Positions 46,458 through 55,588 of a stretch of 58,314 nt of DNA are shown one piece after another; position 1 is the stretch's first letter; every line of letters starts with the position of its first letter. Under the pieces are notes generated by a model. That model ran no database searches. It worked only from the letters and a program-made list of their open reading frames with translations, and was not told where the DNA came from. The position numbers and the translations under genes were made by a program. The stretch covers positions 1 to 58,314 of the forward strand of contig JBFMCO010000014.1 in NCBI GenBank assembly GCA_040754495.1, given 5' to 3'. Source of the DNA: Candidatus Micrarchaeota archaeon. Lineage in GTDB: Archaea; Micrarchaeota; Micrarchaeia; Anstonellales; Bilamarchaeaceae.

Positions 46458-46603
46458 TTTTCTTTACCTCCAGCTCGCGCTAGCCCTTCCGAATCGGAAA
46501 AAGCGCGGGCGGAGCCGACCGAACGGTTTCCAGCAGCCGGTGTCCGGTTGCCAGTAACGTTCAGCCTTCAATGTTTCCCATCTCAAATTCTCCTTTTTTC
46601 ATC

Positions 46604-46965
46604 TCATTTTGCCTCACCTCTCGCCTCGACCGATGCCTTGAGCTTGCACAGCATCGACCGGATTCGTACGAGCGTTGTCATGTAGTTCAGATGTTCCCGC
46701 TGGGGAATTATCTGCAAGGAGTGGCACAGGTCCAGCCAGAATTCGGCTTCGTTCGCCTCTCCGACGCAGCAGACTAGTTTTTGCTTCTGGGCTGGGATGG
46801 AACCATCGCTCCCATCTCCGCCAGGTTGGCACAGATGGAGGAAACCGAAGCCAGAAGCTGCTCCTTGGCCCGGCTGCTCATCCTCTTGTCCTCCATGAAC
46901 TGGAAGACGTCCTTCGACAGCCGAAACGCCTCCTCATAAACCCTTAACTTCTTGAAGTCCTGCAT
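46604..46965 (-). pseudogene. Four-helix-bundle (IVS/S23-like) gene with a -1 frameshift near 46806
   Basis: MQDFKKLRVYEEA...QL..S..SI.ANLAE; other frame continues DGSIPAQKQKLVCCVGEANEAEFWLDLC...KLKASVEARGEAK*. Confidence 0.8.
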
Positions 46966-47344
46966 GATTTCACCTTTTTTATGCCTAATAAATTCCTTGT
47001 CGGGGTGCATTTCCGCGGAACCCTTACCCCGGCTTCTCTATGCGTCCGGGATTTATCTCGCGAGCGTCATTGCGGCGCCCGCAATGTTTCTTCCACGGGC
47101 GGGAAGCAATGACGCGAGGCAAAAATCAGTTTCCGTATGCGTGAGATGAGGGCAACCGTGCGGAGTTTTTATTCATTTAGCAGTTTGCGTGAAGGCAGAG
47201 AGTTGGGATTAGCAAACTGCGACCTGAGCGAGGGCGAAAACGCACATTAAATCTTTCGGTGCGCCAGCACCGAACCCGAAGGGCTTGAGGTTTAAGTGCT
47301 TTTCTGCCCGAGCGAAGGGAAATGATTAAAACGGAGCACAAAGG

Positions 47345-47542
47345 TCATTCCTTTCTACGGATGGGAGCACGCCTTACTTCTATCCCATCCCCGTCTTTAT
47401 CTCTAAAAGCCGTTATTACGACCTGATCTTTTTCGGTCCAACCAAGCGTTCTGGCCTCTTTGGTGATGAAGATAGCTAATCCTGTAGCCCATGGAATTAT
47501 CTTTTTGACATTCATGGCGAGGGTTTCTCTTTTTTCCTCCAT
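47345..47542 (-). CDS. Small AbrB/MazE-like DNA-binding protein
   Basis: KIIPW..GLAIFI.KE...LGW...D.V.I pattern. Confidence 0.55.
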   Translation of the reverse strand: MEEKRETLAMNVKKIIPWATGLAIFITKEARTLGWTEKDQVVITAFRDKDGDGIEVRRAPIRRKE

Positions 47543-47611
47543 GTCGCTTAAGTTTTTAAACTGAGTATTAATAGTAAATACTTAGTTTCATAAGTAGTGA
47601 AGGGGAATACG

Positions 47612-48475
47612 ATGTCTGACATAAAATTCGTCTTAACCGGTCTGGTTGTTGTCTGCTTGCTTCTTTTTGTCGGATGCACTTCGAAAGAGTCTGGCCCGCA
47701 GTTTGCAAAACCTGCTACGGATTCACAACCAACTGCTCCGACAAGTGCTCAGCCACAAGCTATAAACTGCGGGAATGGAGCCGTGGATTCGGGTGAAACG
47801 TGCTCTTCTTGCCCGACGGACGTACAATGTTCTGCTGGAATGGTTTGCTGCTCTGGGACATGTGCCAGACCTGTCTGTAATTCATCCGCTGACTGCGACG
47901 ACAACGACAAATCAACAGTGGATACCTGCCAAAATGCGGATAGTTGCGATGCAACGTGCTCACACAGTCAAATTACCTCATGCACGGATTCTGACGGAGT
48001 GTGCCCAGATGGCTGCAATGTTTTCAATGATAACGATTGCAAAGCACTGAGCCCAGGCACAGCGGCGGATTCGGGCAATTTGCAAATTAGCGTCTCCAAT
48101 CCGTATGTTCAAGTGTGCACGAGCGATTATTCAGAGGATAAGGACACGTATCTCGTTTTCGAAGTAAACGTGGAGAACAGAGGGACCAAAAAGGAGTATA
48201 TTTCCTCTATGGAGTTTTCAGCAGTTGATCCGAACCGAAAGCAATTCGATGGCTCAATACTATCGTACCCAACAGTATTCGGAGGGAACTGTGCAGACGC
48301 TAAAAACGACGCATTTAGCGGAGGGAATTTGCTCCCGGGTTCAAAGGATAATGGCAAGATATGGATTGAGTTGAGCAATACGGGCTCTTATTCCAAAGGC
48401 AAGTGGTATATCGTATACAAGCAAACATTCAGCCTGAAGGACTTGTACACAGTATACGAAACTCAGCTCAACTGA
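47612..48475 (+). CDS. Cys-rich surface lipoprotein with C-terminal DUF4352-like Ig domain
   Basis: Lipobox FVGC; CGNG...GETC, CDDND...VDTC, GVCP.GC...DNDC repeats; V.V.N.G...F..VD...KQF. Confidence 0.75.
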   Translation: MSDIKFVLTGLVVVCLLLFVGCTSKESGPQFAKPATDSQPTAPTSAQPQAINCGNGAVDSGETCSSCPTDVQCSAGMVCCSGTCARPVCNSSADCDDNDKSTVDTCQNADSCDATCSHSQITSCTDSDGVCPDGCNVFNDNDCKALSPGTAADSGNLQISVSNPYVQVCTSDYSEDKDTYLVFEVNVENRGTKKEYISSMEFSAVDPNRKQFDGSILSYPTVFGGNCADAKNDAFSGGNLLPGSKDNGKIWIELSNTGSYSKGKWYIVYKQTFSLKDLYTVYETQLN

Positions 48476-48497
48476 TTTTTCTTTTCATTTTCATTTC

Positions 48498-49442
48498 TTA
48501 CATTTTTTCCTGCATCCCCCTCACTTTTTCCAGAAGCCGCTCATCCTGCGCCCTCTCAATGCCCCCATAAAGCTCCTCCTTCTTCGTATGGATGTAAATC
48601 ATCGTTGTCTGGATGTTGGTATGCCGGGCAAACCTGCCAGCCAGCATGACGTTGCCGCCGTTCTTCCGGCAGAAGTTCGTGATGGCATAGTGCCTCAGGC
48701 TATGCGGACTGAGGCGAAACAGGGGTTTCGGATGAGCGCCTGCGCTGTAACCATAAATCTCAGCCAGCCCTGCCTTCTCTGCGTATCCGTGGAAAACGTT
48801 TCTCGCTGTTTCACGGGTTAAGTGGGATTCTATTTTCCGGGTCCTCCATCCATAAGCGAACGAAAAGAAAAGGAAGCCTTCTGCTTTGGCGATTTCCATC
48901 TCATAGGCAGCGATATACTGCAAGGTGGCATCGAACAGCTTTTCTGGAATCAGAAGATAGTCCGTTTTCCCGCTCTTTTCCGAGAAGATGCGCAGCTCGT
49001 GGGTTTTCAGGTTCAGGTCCTTGATGTTCATCCGTATGGCTTCCCCAATCCTGAGGCCGAGGATTGCCTGGAAGCTGAAAAGCAGGTGCGCTTTTGGATC
49101 GTCTATAACGCTGAAAAACCGCTCCAATTCTTCATCCGTAAATCCTTTGTTCATTGAGCCGTACTTCGGTCTTTTTGAGCGAAGGAAGCGCCTTTTCCTC
49201 GCTTCTGACAGGATAGTGATTGCCTTTACCAGATTCCACTTTGTGAGATGACGCCCGTAGTGTTCCAGTTCCTGCCTGATTTCCGGCCAATTCCGGGTTA
49301 ACTCCTTGGAGATTTCCCTTGCTGTTTTAACTAATTGTGCTTCGCCACAATCCAGAAACTGGGCACCCGACACGGAACACTGACGGGAAACCGGACACTG
49401 GCCACTGGAAACCGCTTCACCCCTCTCCGCAGGCCCAATTTT
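48498..49442 (-). CDS. Tyrosine recombinase/integrase C-terminal fragment (intC)
   Basis: GLRIGE (R), K, HSLRH (HxxR), ARHTN (H), TTMIY (Y). Confidence 0.92.
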   Translation of the reverse strand, partial: KIGPAERGEAVSSGQCPVSRQCSVSGAQFLDCGEAQLVKTAREISKELTRNWPEIRQELEHYGRHLTKWNLVKAITILSEARKRRFLRSKRPKYGSMNKGFTDEELERFFSVIDDPKAHLLFSFQAILGLRIGEAIRMNIKDLNLKTHELRIFSEKSGKTDYLLIPEKLFDATLQYIAAYEMEIAKAEGFLFFSFAYGWRTRKIESHLTRETARNVFHGYAEKAGLAEIYGYSAGAHPKPLFRLSPHSLRHYAITNFCRKNGGNVMLAGRFARHTNIQTTMIYIHTKKEELYGGIERAQDERLLEKVRGMQEKM

Positions 49443-49568
49443 CCTTCTTTTACCAGGTGCCAGCCCAAGCAAAGGCCCAGGGAAATTGGGAATAAAGTGA
49501 AATCGCCGCACGATTTCACGACAGGCCCAATTTTCCTTCTTTTACCAGGTGCCAGCCCAAGCAAAGGC
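49430..49568 (+). repeat. 47-bp direct repeat (49430-49476, 49522-49568), 92-bp period, starting with tRNA-Ile 3' end
   Basis: CAGGCCCAATTTTCCTTCTTTTACCAGGTGCCAGCCCAAGCAAAGGC twice. Confidence 0.9.
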
Positions 49569-49654
49569 TCAGGGAACTCTGGCCCCGGCAATACCTGCCC
49601 AACCACCCGTTGATTCACACCAAGGCTTAAATTCCCAGCCTCCACGTTCTATCC

Positions 49655-51271
49655 GTGTGCGGGATAAGTGCCGTCTTCGGCTATGGCTTAAAAGATGGCG
49701 GCTCACTCGTCATGAAAAGCCTCGAAGCGGTGAGGCACCGGGGCCACAGCCTCTTCGAGACGGCGGTATTCGACAACTGCGCACTCGGGGCGAACCGGCT
49801 GGAGATAGTCGACCGGGACAGTGCTAAGCAGCCCCAGCCCAACGAGGACGGGACGCTGTTCGCAGTCCTGAACGGCGAAATCTACAACCACGATGCGCTC
49901 CGGGCGGAACTGGGGAAAAAAGGGCATATATTCCGGACCGTTTCTGATACTGAAGTCCTCGCCCACCTGTACGAGGAGCACGGGCCGGGCATGGTGAAGA
50001 TGCTCGACTCCGAGATGTTCGCGTTCTTCATCTACGACAAGGGAAGAAATTCGTTTTTCTCGGCAAGGGACAGGTATGGCGTGAAGCCGCTGTACTATGC
50101 CCGCGACTCGTCCGGGAACTGGCATTTCGCCTCGGAGATGAAACAGCTCGTCCAATTCGCGGATATACCGGAGATCCACGATTTTCCGCCGGGCCATTAC
50201 ATGCTCGGCGGGAAGCTCGAGCGGTATCATACGATGCCGGCCCCGGAAGACGTTATGGATGACAGCGTCGCCAGCATCGTACAGAACCTCAGGCGCCTTT
50301 TCGATGAAGCCGTAAGAAAACGGCTGGACACGGACCTGCCGGTGGCCGTCTTCTTCAGCGGCGGGCTCGACAGCGCAGCGGTCCTGACGAGCGCCCGGAA
50401 GTACAAGGAGGTCACGGCCATAACCGTCGGGCGTCCGGACTCACCGGACATGCTCGCGGCGCGGAGATACTGCGACGAGTCCGGCGTGCCTATCATCCGC
50501 TTCCATCCGCCTGATGCGGAAGAGCTGGCCGCGATGATACCGGAAGTCGTGCGCATCACGGAAAGCTTCGAGCCGAACCTGGTCCGGCACGGCGCGCTCT
50601 CCCTCTTCGCCGCGAAGCTCGCAAGGGAGAACGGGTTCAGGGTCGTTCTCTGCGGGGAGGGCTCGGACGAGCTTTTCGCCGGATATGAGGTTTTCGGGCA
50701 ATCCCGCGGCCTTCACCTCTCCTACCTGCTCCACCACGGGCTAAAGCGCCTGCCTTATGTGGTGTTCCAGCGCGTTGATAGGACCTCGATGTTCCATACG
50801 ATAGAGGTCCGGCTGCCGTTCTTCGACACGGAGTTCGCGGATTATGCGATGCGGATACCGGGCGAACTCAAGCTGCGCGATTCCGGCGGCAGGGGGGTTG
50901 CGAAGTGGGTCCTGAGGGAAGCCATGAAGGACAGGCTGCCAGGATACATCGTGGAGCGGCAGAAGATGCCGTTCACTTCCGGCGCTGGCTGCGACGTTGG
51001 AGGGGACGGGCGGCCGTTTTCGGAAATCATGAGCCGGATGCTCAGCGACGCTGAATTCGGGCGGATGAAAGCTGAATGCGCCTCCTGGAACATAGCCGGC
51101 AGGGAAGCCGCCTACTATTTCCGCCTCTTCGGCGAGTGCCTTTACACGAAGGCAGGGTTCGCCAGGAACCGGCCGACCTACGGAATACTCCGGCATCCGA
51201 TGAGGGCGGTCGCCGGCTACATCATCCCTCATCTGGGATGGCGGATATCTTCTATGCGCCGCCCGGCCTGA
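49655..51271 (+). CDS. asnB: Asparagine synthase (glutamine-hydrolysing)
   Basis: MCGI Ntn Cys, NGEIYN, SDTEV, ARD.YG.KPL, SGGLDS, GEGSDELFAGY, EVRLPFFD. Confidence 0.92.
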   Translation: MCGISAVFGYGLKDGGSLVMKSLEAVRHRGHSLFETAVFDNCALGANRLEIVDRDSAKQPQPNEDGTLFAVLNGEIYNHDALRAELGKKGHIFRTVSDTEVLAHLYEEHGPGMVKMLDSEMFAFFIYDKGRNSFFSARDRYGVKPLYYARDSSGNWHFASEMKQLVQFADIPEIHDFPPGHYMLGGKLERYHTMPAPEDVMDDSVASIVQNLRRLFDEAVRKRLDTDLPVAVFFSGGLDSAAVLTSARKYKEVTAITVGRPDSPDMLAARRYCDESGVPIIRFHPPDAEELAAMIPEVVRITESFEPNLVRHGALSLFAAKLARENGFRVVLCGEGSDELFAGYEVFGQSRGLHLSYLLHHGLKRLPYVVFQRVDRTSMFHTIEVRLPFFDTEFADYAMRIPGELKLRDSGGRGVAKWVLREAMKDRLPGYIVERQKMPFTSGAGCDVGGDGRPFSEIMSRMLSDAEFGRMKAECASWNIAGREAAYYFRLFGECLYTKAGFARNRPTYGILRHPMRAVAGYIIPHLGWRISSMRRPA

Positions 51272-51348
51272 CCCCGCAGCTTATCTTCGTGCTCCCGCCA
51301 TCTTTAAATACCCCTTTACACTAATTACGACATGAGAGGTGGGTGTGC

Positions 51349-52190
51349 ATGAGTGAGCTGAGACCCGGACAGAGCCTTGCGCGCTACGAGGTCGTCCGCA
51401 AAATAGGGGAAGGCGGGTTCGCGAAAGTTTACCAGGTGAACGACCATATGAGCGGCAAATCATTCGCCGCGAAGGTTCTCGTGGACGGCCTCGCCCAGGA
51501 CTCGGAGCGGCGCGAGCATTTCTTCCGGGTGGCAAAAGCATGGATGAACGTCCGCCACGATAATATCGTCGCGCTGCATGACGCCGGCATCTCAGACCAG
51601 GGGGTATACCTCGTCATGGAGCTCCTCCGGGGCAGCGAACTCGGCAAAGTCCTGGCTGCGGGGGAAGCATGGAGTGGCAGGATGCGCTGCCGCTTTTCCG
51701 GAGCCTGTGCTCAGGTATGAGGGCGCTTCACGAAGAAGGCATAATCCACCGGACGCTCGGCCTGCAGAGCATGTTCCTGCACGAAACCCCGGGCGGCATC
51801 GTGCCTAAAATCATGGAATCCCCGCTTTCCGGAATCCATGGCAGGGACGCGTATCTGAGGGCGGGCACAATGGTGGGCGTCCCTGACCATATGGCCCCCG
51901 AGCAGGTGCGGCTCGCGATGGGCATGGGTGCCACGCATGACGAGCGCATCGATGTATATTCCATGGGCTCGGTATTGTACAGGACGCTCGCAGGGAGGAG
52001 CCTCTTCCCCAGCGTGGAGCCCACTGAGGCCATCGTCGCGCGCATACACGAGATGCCCGCGGATTTGCGCTCAATCAACTCGGCCGTCCCGGCGGCGCTC
52101 GGAGCCGCAGTCATGAAAGCCGTCGCTGCAGAGCCTGAGTTCCGCTACCAGAGCATACGCGAGATGGGAGAGGCGCTGTCCTCCATATGA
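51349..52190 (+). pseudogene. Frameshifted Ser/Thr kinase-like gene with degenerate catalytic motifs
   Basis: N-lobe IGEGGFAKVY/AAK in 51349-51720; C-lobe from 51669 with HRT for HRD, ESP for DFG, APEQ retained; frameshift near 51668. Confidence 0.75.
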
Positions 52191-52284
52191 ATCAGGAAGC
52201 GGCTGCCGCGGGTGGCCCTCGGGGCCGGGTCCTGCGGCTACATGAGCACGCAGGAGAATGTTTGAAGAGATGCGAAGGCACAGT

Positions 52285-53325
52285 TCAGGTCTTTATCTTT
52301 CCCCTGTACTTTATGTAAGTCGCGTAGTCTATGTACTTCTTCTTCGCTATGTAGTCCTTCGTCTTCGGGGCCCTCTCGCGGCCGGCTTCTATGCGGTCCG
52401 TCACGGTTATTGCGAAGGAATCGCTTCCGGCGCCCGAGCCGTATGATGTCACGAGGATGCGGTTTCCTGCCTTGGCCTCGTCAAGCACCGCAGAGAGGCC
52501 GAGCATGGATGCCCCGGAATACGTGTTGCCCACAATCGGCGTCAGGAGGCCCGCCTTCATCTTTTCCATCGGCACGCCGAGCTTCTTTGCGGCTTCCAGC
52601 GGGAACCTGCCGTTCGGCTGGTGGAACACGACATAATCGTAGTCCGCCACCTTAGTGCCGGTCTTCTGGAGCAGCCCCTCGGTGGCGCTTATGACGTGCT
52701 TGAAATATGCCGGCTTTCCGGTGAACCTTCCGCCGTGCGAGGGGTAGTCCGCATGCTGCCTGCGCCAGAAGTCCGGCGTGTCTGTCGTGAAAGAGAACGT
52801 GGCCTGGACCGTCGCGAGGGACTCGCTGTCCGGCCCGGTTATGAACGCGGCGCCTCCTGAGGCAGCCGAGTATTCAAGCGCATCCCCGGGCCTTCCCTGC
52901 GCGGTGTCCGCGCCGATGGCCATCCCGTACTCAATCATCTTGGCGTCCACCATCGCGAGCACTATCTGGAGGCCGGCCGTCCCTGCCTTGCACGCGAACT
53001 CGAGGTCCGCGCTCGTGAGGTTGGGCGTCGCTCCTATCGCCTCGGCCACGATGGTTCCGGTCGGCTTCACCGCATAGGGGTGCGATTCGCTGCCCACATA
53101 CAGCGCTCCCATCCTCTTCGGGTCGATGGATGCGCGTGCGACCGCGTTCCTCGCGGCCTCGACCGAGATGGTGGCCGTGTCCTCGTCCACGCCGCCGACC
53201 GCCTTCTCGGTTATCCCGAGCCCCTTCTCGATGCGGTCGGCCTCCTCGCCCCATACGCGGGCGATTTCGCCCGTCCTGATGCGATAGACCGGAACGTAAG
53301 CCCCATAACCGACTATGCCTGCCAT
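52285..53325 (-). CDS. mvaS: Hydroxymethylglutaryl-CoA synthase (archaeal type)
   Basis: [52 protein letters not shown]. Confidence 0.93.
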   Translation of the reverse strand: MAGIVGYGAYVPVYRIRTGEIARVWGEEADRIEKGLGITEKAVGGVDEDTATISVEAARNAVARASIDPKRMGALYVGSESHPYAVKPTGTIVAEAIGATPNLTSADLEFACKAGTAGLQIVLAMVDAKMIEYGMAIGADTAQGRPGDALEYSAASGGAAFITGPDSESLATVQATFSFTTDTPDFWRRQHADYPSHGGRFTGKPAYFKHVISATEGLLQKTGTKVADYDYVVFHQPNGRFPLEAAKKLGVPMEKMKAGLLTPIVGNTYSGASMLGLSAVLDEAKAGNRILVTSYGSGAGSDSFAITVTDRIEAGRERAPKTKDYIAKKKYIDYATYIKYRGKIKT

Positions 53326-53343
53326 AAGAATCGACCTTCTATC

Positions 53344-54084
53344 TCATCCCGTTTTTTTAAGCCTGCCTTTCCTGGCCGGCTTGCTCCTGAAGAATGCGAG
53401 CGCTAGCGCCGCGACCACGACGATGCCGGCTATCGCGACCATGTACCCGAGGTTGAGCTCCCTGCTCCTGACCACCATGGGCTTGCCGGCCTCCATGACG
53501 CCGATGAGGTCGAATTCGGCCCTGTCCCCGTCCACCCTGACAGGCGCCTCTCCGGCCGAAGCCTCCGCGACAGGGAGCGGCATGACAACCGCGTAAGTAA
53601 GGTTGGCATCAAGCCTGCGGAGTATCTCGACGTTCGGGCCGTTCTCCTCGGCATCGAGAAGGTCTATGGGGTTCACGGAGCCGCCGCCCGCCGCCGGCGC
53701 GGTGGCGTTGGCCAGCACGAGAAGCCGTCCAAGCGCCCTGCTGAACCTGTCGGTAGGCACCTTGCTTATGGAGATGGTATGCGTAACGAATGGCAAGCCG
53801 TATTCGGTGGAATAAGAGTAATAGGTGCCCGGGAGATAGTCCTCCCTCATGGTCACTTTCTTCGCATCCACGTCAACGCTGCAGTCTACGACGCTCGATG
53901 TCTTGCAGACCTGCTCCATCCTCAGAAGCGCATCGGCAGCCAGCTGGTCAGAGAATATCGCCACCTCAGTGGTCTTCTCGATGGCCGAGCTTCCGTTTCT
54001 GGCCACGACCTGGATGTACTCCTGGTCTATGGCCGCAAAGGCCATCGCGGAAAGAATCAGCAAACCTAGGAACTCCCTTCTCAT
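53344..54084 (-). CDS. Exported protein with C-terminal TM anchor and basic tail
   Basis: Signal peptide, C-terminal hydrophobic helix plus RSKPARKGRLKK. Confidence 0.65.
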   Translation of the reverse strand: MRREFLGLLILSAMAFAAIDQEYIQVVARNGSSAIEKTTEVAIFSDQLAADALLRMEQVCKTSSVVDCSVDVDAKKVTMREDYLPGTYYSYSTEYGLPFVTHTISISKVPTDRFSRALGRLLVLANATAPAAGGGSVNPIDLLDAEENGPNVEILRRLDANLTYAVVMPLPVAEASAGEAPVRVDGDRAEFDLIGVMEAGKPMVVRSRELNLGYMVAIAGIVVVAALALAFFRSKPARKGRLKKTG

Positions 54085-54120
54085 GGCTACCTCTAGGCAT
54101 GCAACAAATAAAAGATGATG

Positions 54121-54618
54121 CTAGAGGTCGATTCCCCTTCCGCTTTGGGGCACGAAGGGCAGCCGGTAGCTCCCGGCCGGGGGCACCTTGAGGCTCATGT
54201 AGATGTCGCATTCCCGGCCCCCATCCCCTACCGTCCATTCTTCGGAAAGAAGGATGCCTATCATCATGGGAAGCTCGCCGTCCGTCCTGCAGCGCGAGGC
54301 GCCGCAGGTAGCGAGCACGTCCTGGACCCTCACCCTCCCTGTTTCCTCGACATGGAAGTAGAAGTCGAGCGTAACCTCTTCGGACGGGGACGCACCCAAA
54401 TCGCGCCTGATTGGGGCCGCATTCTCCCTCACCGCCCTCCCAGCTATCACGCCAAGAAGCTGGACAGGCGGGCTTTCGTTGAGGGATTCGCAGGATTGCG
54501 CCGGGCCGGCCCTGGCAATCCCTTCGGAGAGGGGCTGGCAGGCCCTGCCGGCCATCATCCCGGCGGCTGCCGAGACGAGAGCCGCAGCGGCCATCTGCCT
54601 GAAAGTGAAAGTCCTCAT
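54121..54618 (-). CDS. Hypothetical exported protein
   Basis: Signal-like N-terminus, several Cys; fills intergenic gap. Confidence 0.45.
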   Translation of the reverse strand: MRTFTFRQMAAAALVSAAAGMMAGRACQPLSEGIARAGPAQSCESLNESPPVQLLGVIAGRAVRENAAPIRRDLGASPSEEVTLDFYFHVEETGRVRVQDVLATCGASRCRTDGELPMMIGILLSEEWTVGDGGRECDIYMSLKVPPAGSYRLPFVPQSGRGIDL

Positions 54619-54667
54619 GTCGGGGCCCGGTATTGTTTTAATAATTAGATAATTATGGCTTCAATTC

Positions 54668-55588
54668 TTAAACTTTTGCGCTTTTCGCCGTTTCCCGATA
54701 AGCCCGGACCATCTCCCTGATCCCATCCTCGAGGGGCCGGGGCGAGAAACCGAGCTCTTCCCGCGCCTTTCTGCAGTCGAATGCGCGGTCGCTCGCGAGG
54801 ACGGCTATGTGCTCCCGCGTCGTGGGGGACATCTTCAGCTTTTCGGAAAACAGCGCGGCCAGCATCGCAAGCCCGCTTCCTATGTGCTTTGCGGGCGCAT
54901 TGACTCCGAGCTCCCTTGCCGCTATCTCGTAAATCCTCTGCTGGGTGAGGGGCTCGCCAGCAAGCACGTATATCCCGCTCCCCCTCTCCACCGCGTTTGC
55001 TATCGCGCCGGCCACGTCATCGACATGCGCGAAAGGTATCCTGTTGCTGCCATTCCCGATTATCTTCATCTTCCCCCGCTCGATTTTCCGCAGGATTAGG
55101 AAATAATCGTCGAACTGCGGCCCGTACAGCGTGCCTATGCGGAGTATGCAGTGTTTCGGGTGCCTTGCGACTATCTTCTCGGCATCGAGCTTCGTGCGCG
55201 CATACGCGGAATCAGGGGCGGTCCGGGTTTTTTCGCTGGCCGGGATTTCTGCGGGCTTCTTTCCATACACCGAGATTGAGCTTGCGAATACCGCCTTCGA
55301 GCCCCTGGGGAGCGAATCCACGATTCGCCAGGTGAGGCTGACATTGGCATCCTTCATCCTTTTCTCATCCGCAGGCCCGATTAGCCCGGCAAGGTGGATG
55401 ACCGCTTTCGCGTCCCTGAGGATGCCGCGCAGCGAATCGGGCGAGAAATCCGTGATGAGCTCGCCCCTCAGCCCGGAGGCCTTCCTGACGAGAGGAACGG
55501 CATCAGGCAGCCTGGCGAGGACGGAGCGGCCGAGCCTCCCGCTCGCCCCGGTCACGTACACCCTTCCGGATTCATCCTTTGTCGCCAT
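54668..55588 (-). CDS. NAD-dependent epimerase/dehydratase (extended SDR)
   Basis: VTGASGRLG, VIHLAG, SS.SVYG, YARTK, HVDDVA. Confidence 0.9.
   Translation of the reverse strand: MATKDESGRVYVTGASGRLGRSVLARLPDAVPLVRKASGLRGELITDFSPDSLRGILRDAKAVIHLAGLIGPADEKRMKDANVSLTWRIVDSLPRGSKAVFASSISVYGKKPAEIPASEKTRTAPDSAYARTKLDAEKIVARHPKHCILRIGTLYGPQFDDYFLILRKIERGKMKIIGNGSNRIPFAHVDDVAGAIANAVERGSGIYVLAGEPLTQQRIYEIAARELGVNAPAKHIGSGLAMLAALFSEKLKMSPTTREHIAVLASDRAFDCRKAREELGFSPRPLEDGIREMVRAYRETAKSAKV

Larger units (their letters stand above)
46264..49442. mobile_element. tRNA-integrated mini-element with split tyrosine integrase
   Basis: Identical 20-bp CTCTCCGCAGGCCCAATTTT at 46264-46283 and 49423-49442; integrase; visibly more AT-rich cargo. 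Confidence 0.9.

Noticed and set aside
46604-49568. Diversity-generating retroelement (four-helix protein resembles Avd; nearby direct repeats)
   Set aside because: No reverse transcriptase; the 47-bp repeats are identical rather than differing at adenines, and they are not in a target gene
49430-49568. CRISPR array
   Set aside because: Only two copies, they begin with a tRNA 3' end, and there are no cas genes
49331-49645. Separate 104-aa ORF upstream of the integrase
   Set aside because: Made of the 92-bp duplication and heptamer repeats, with no RBS or recognisable domain
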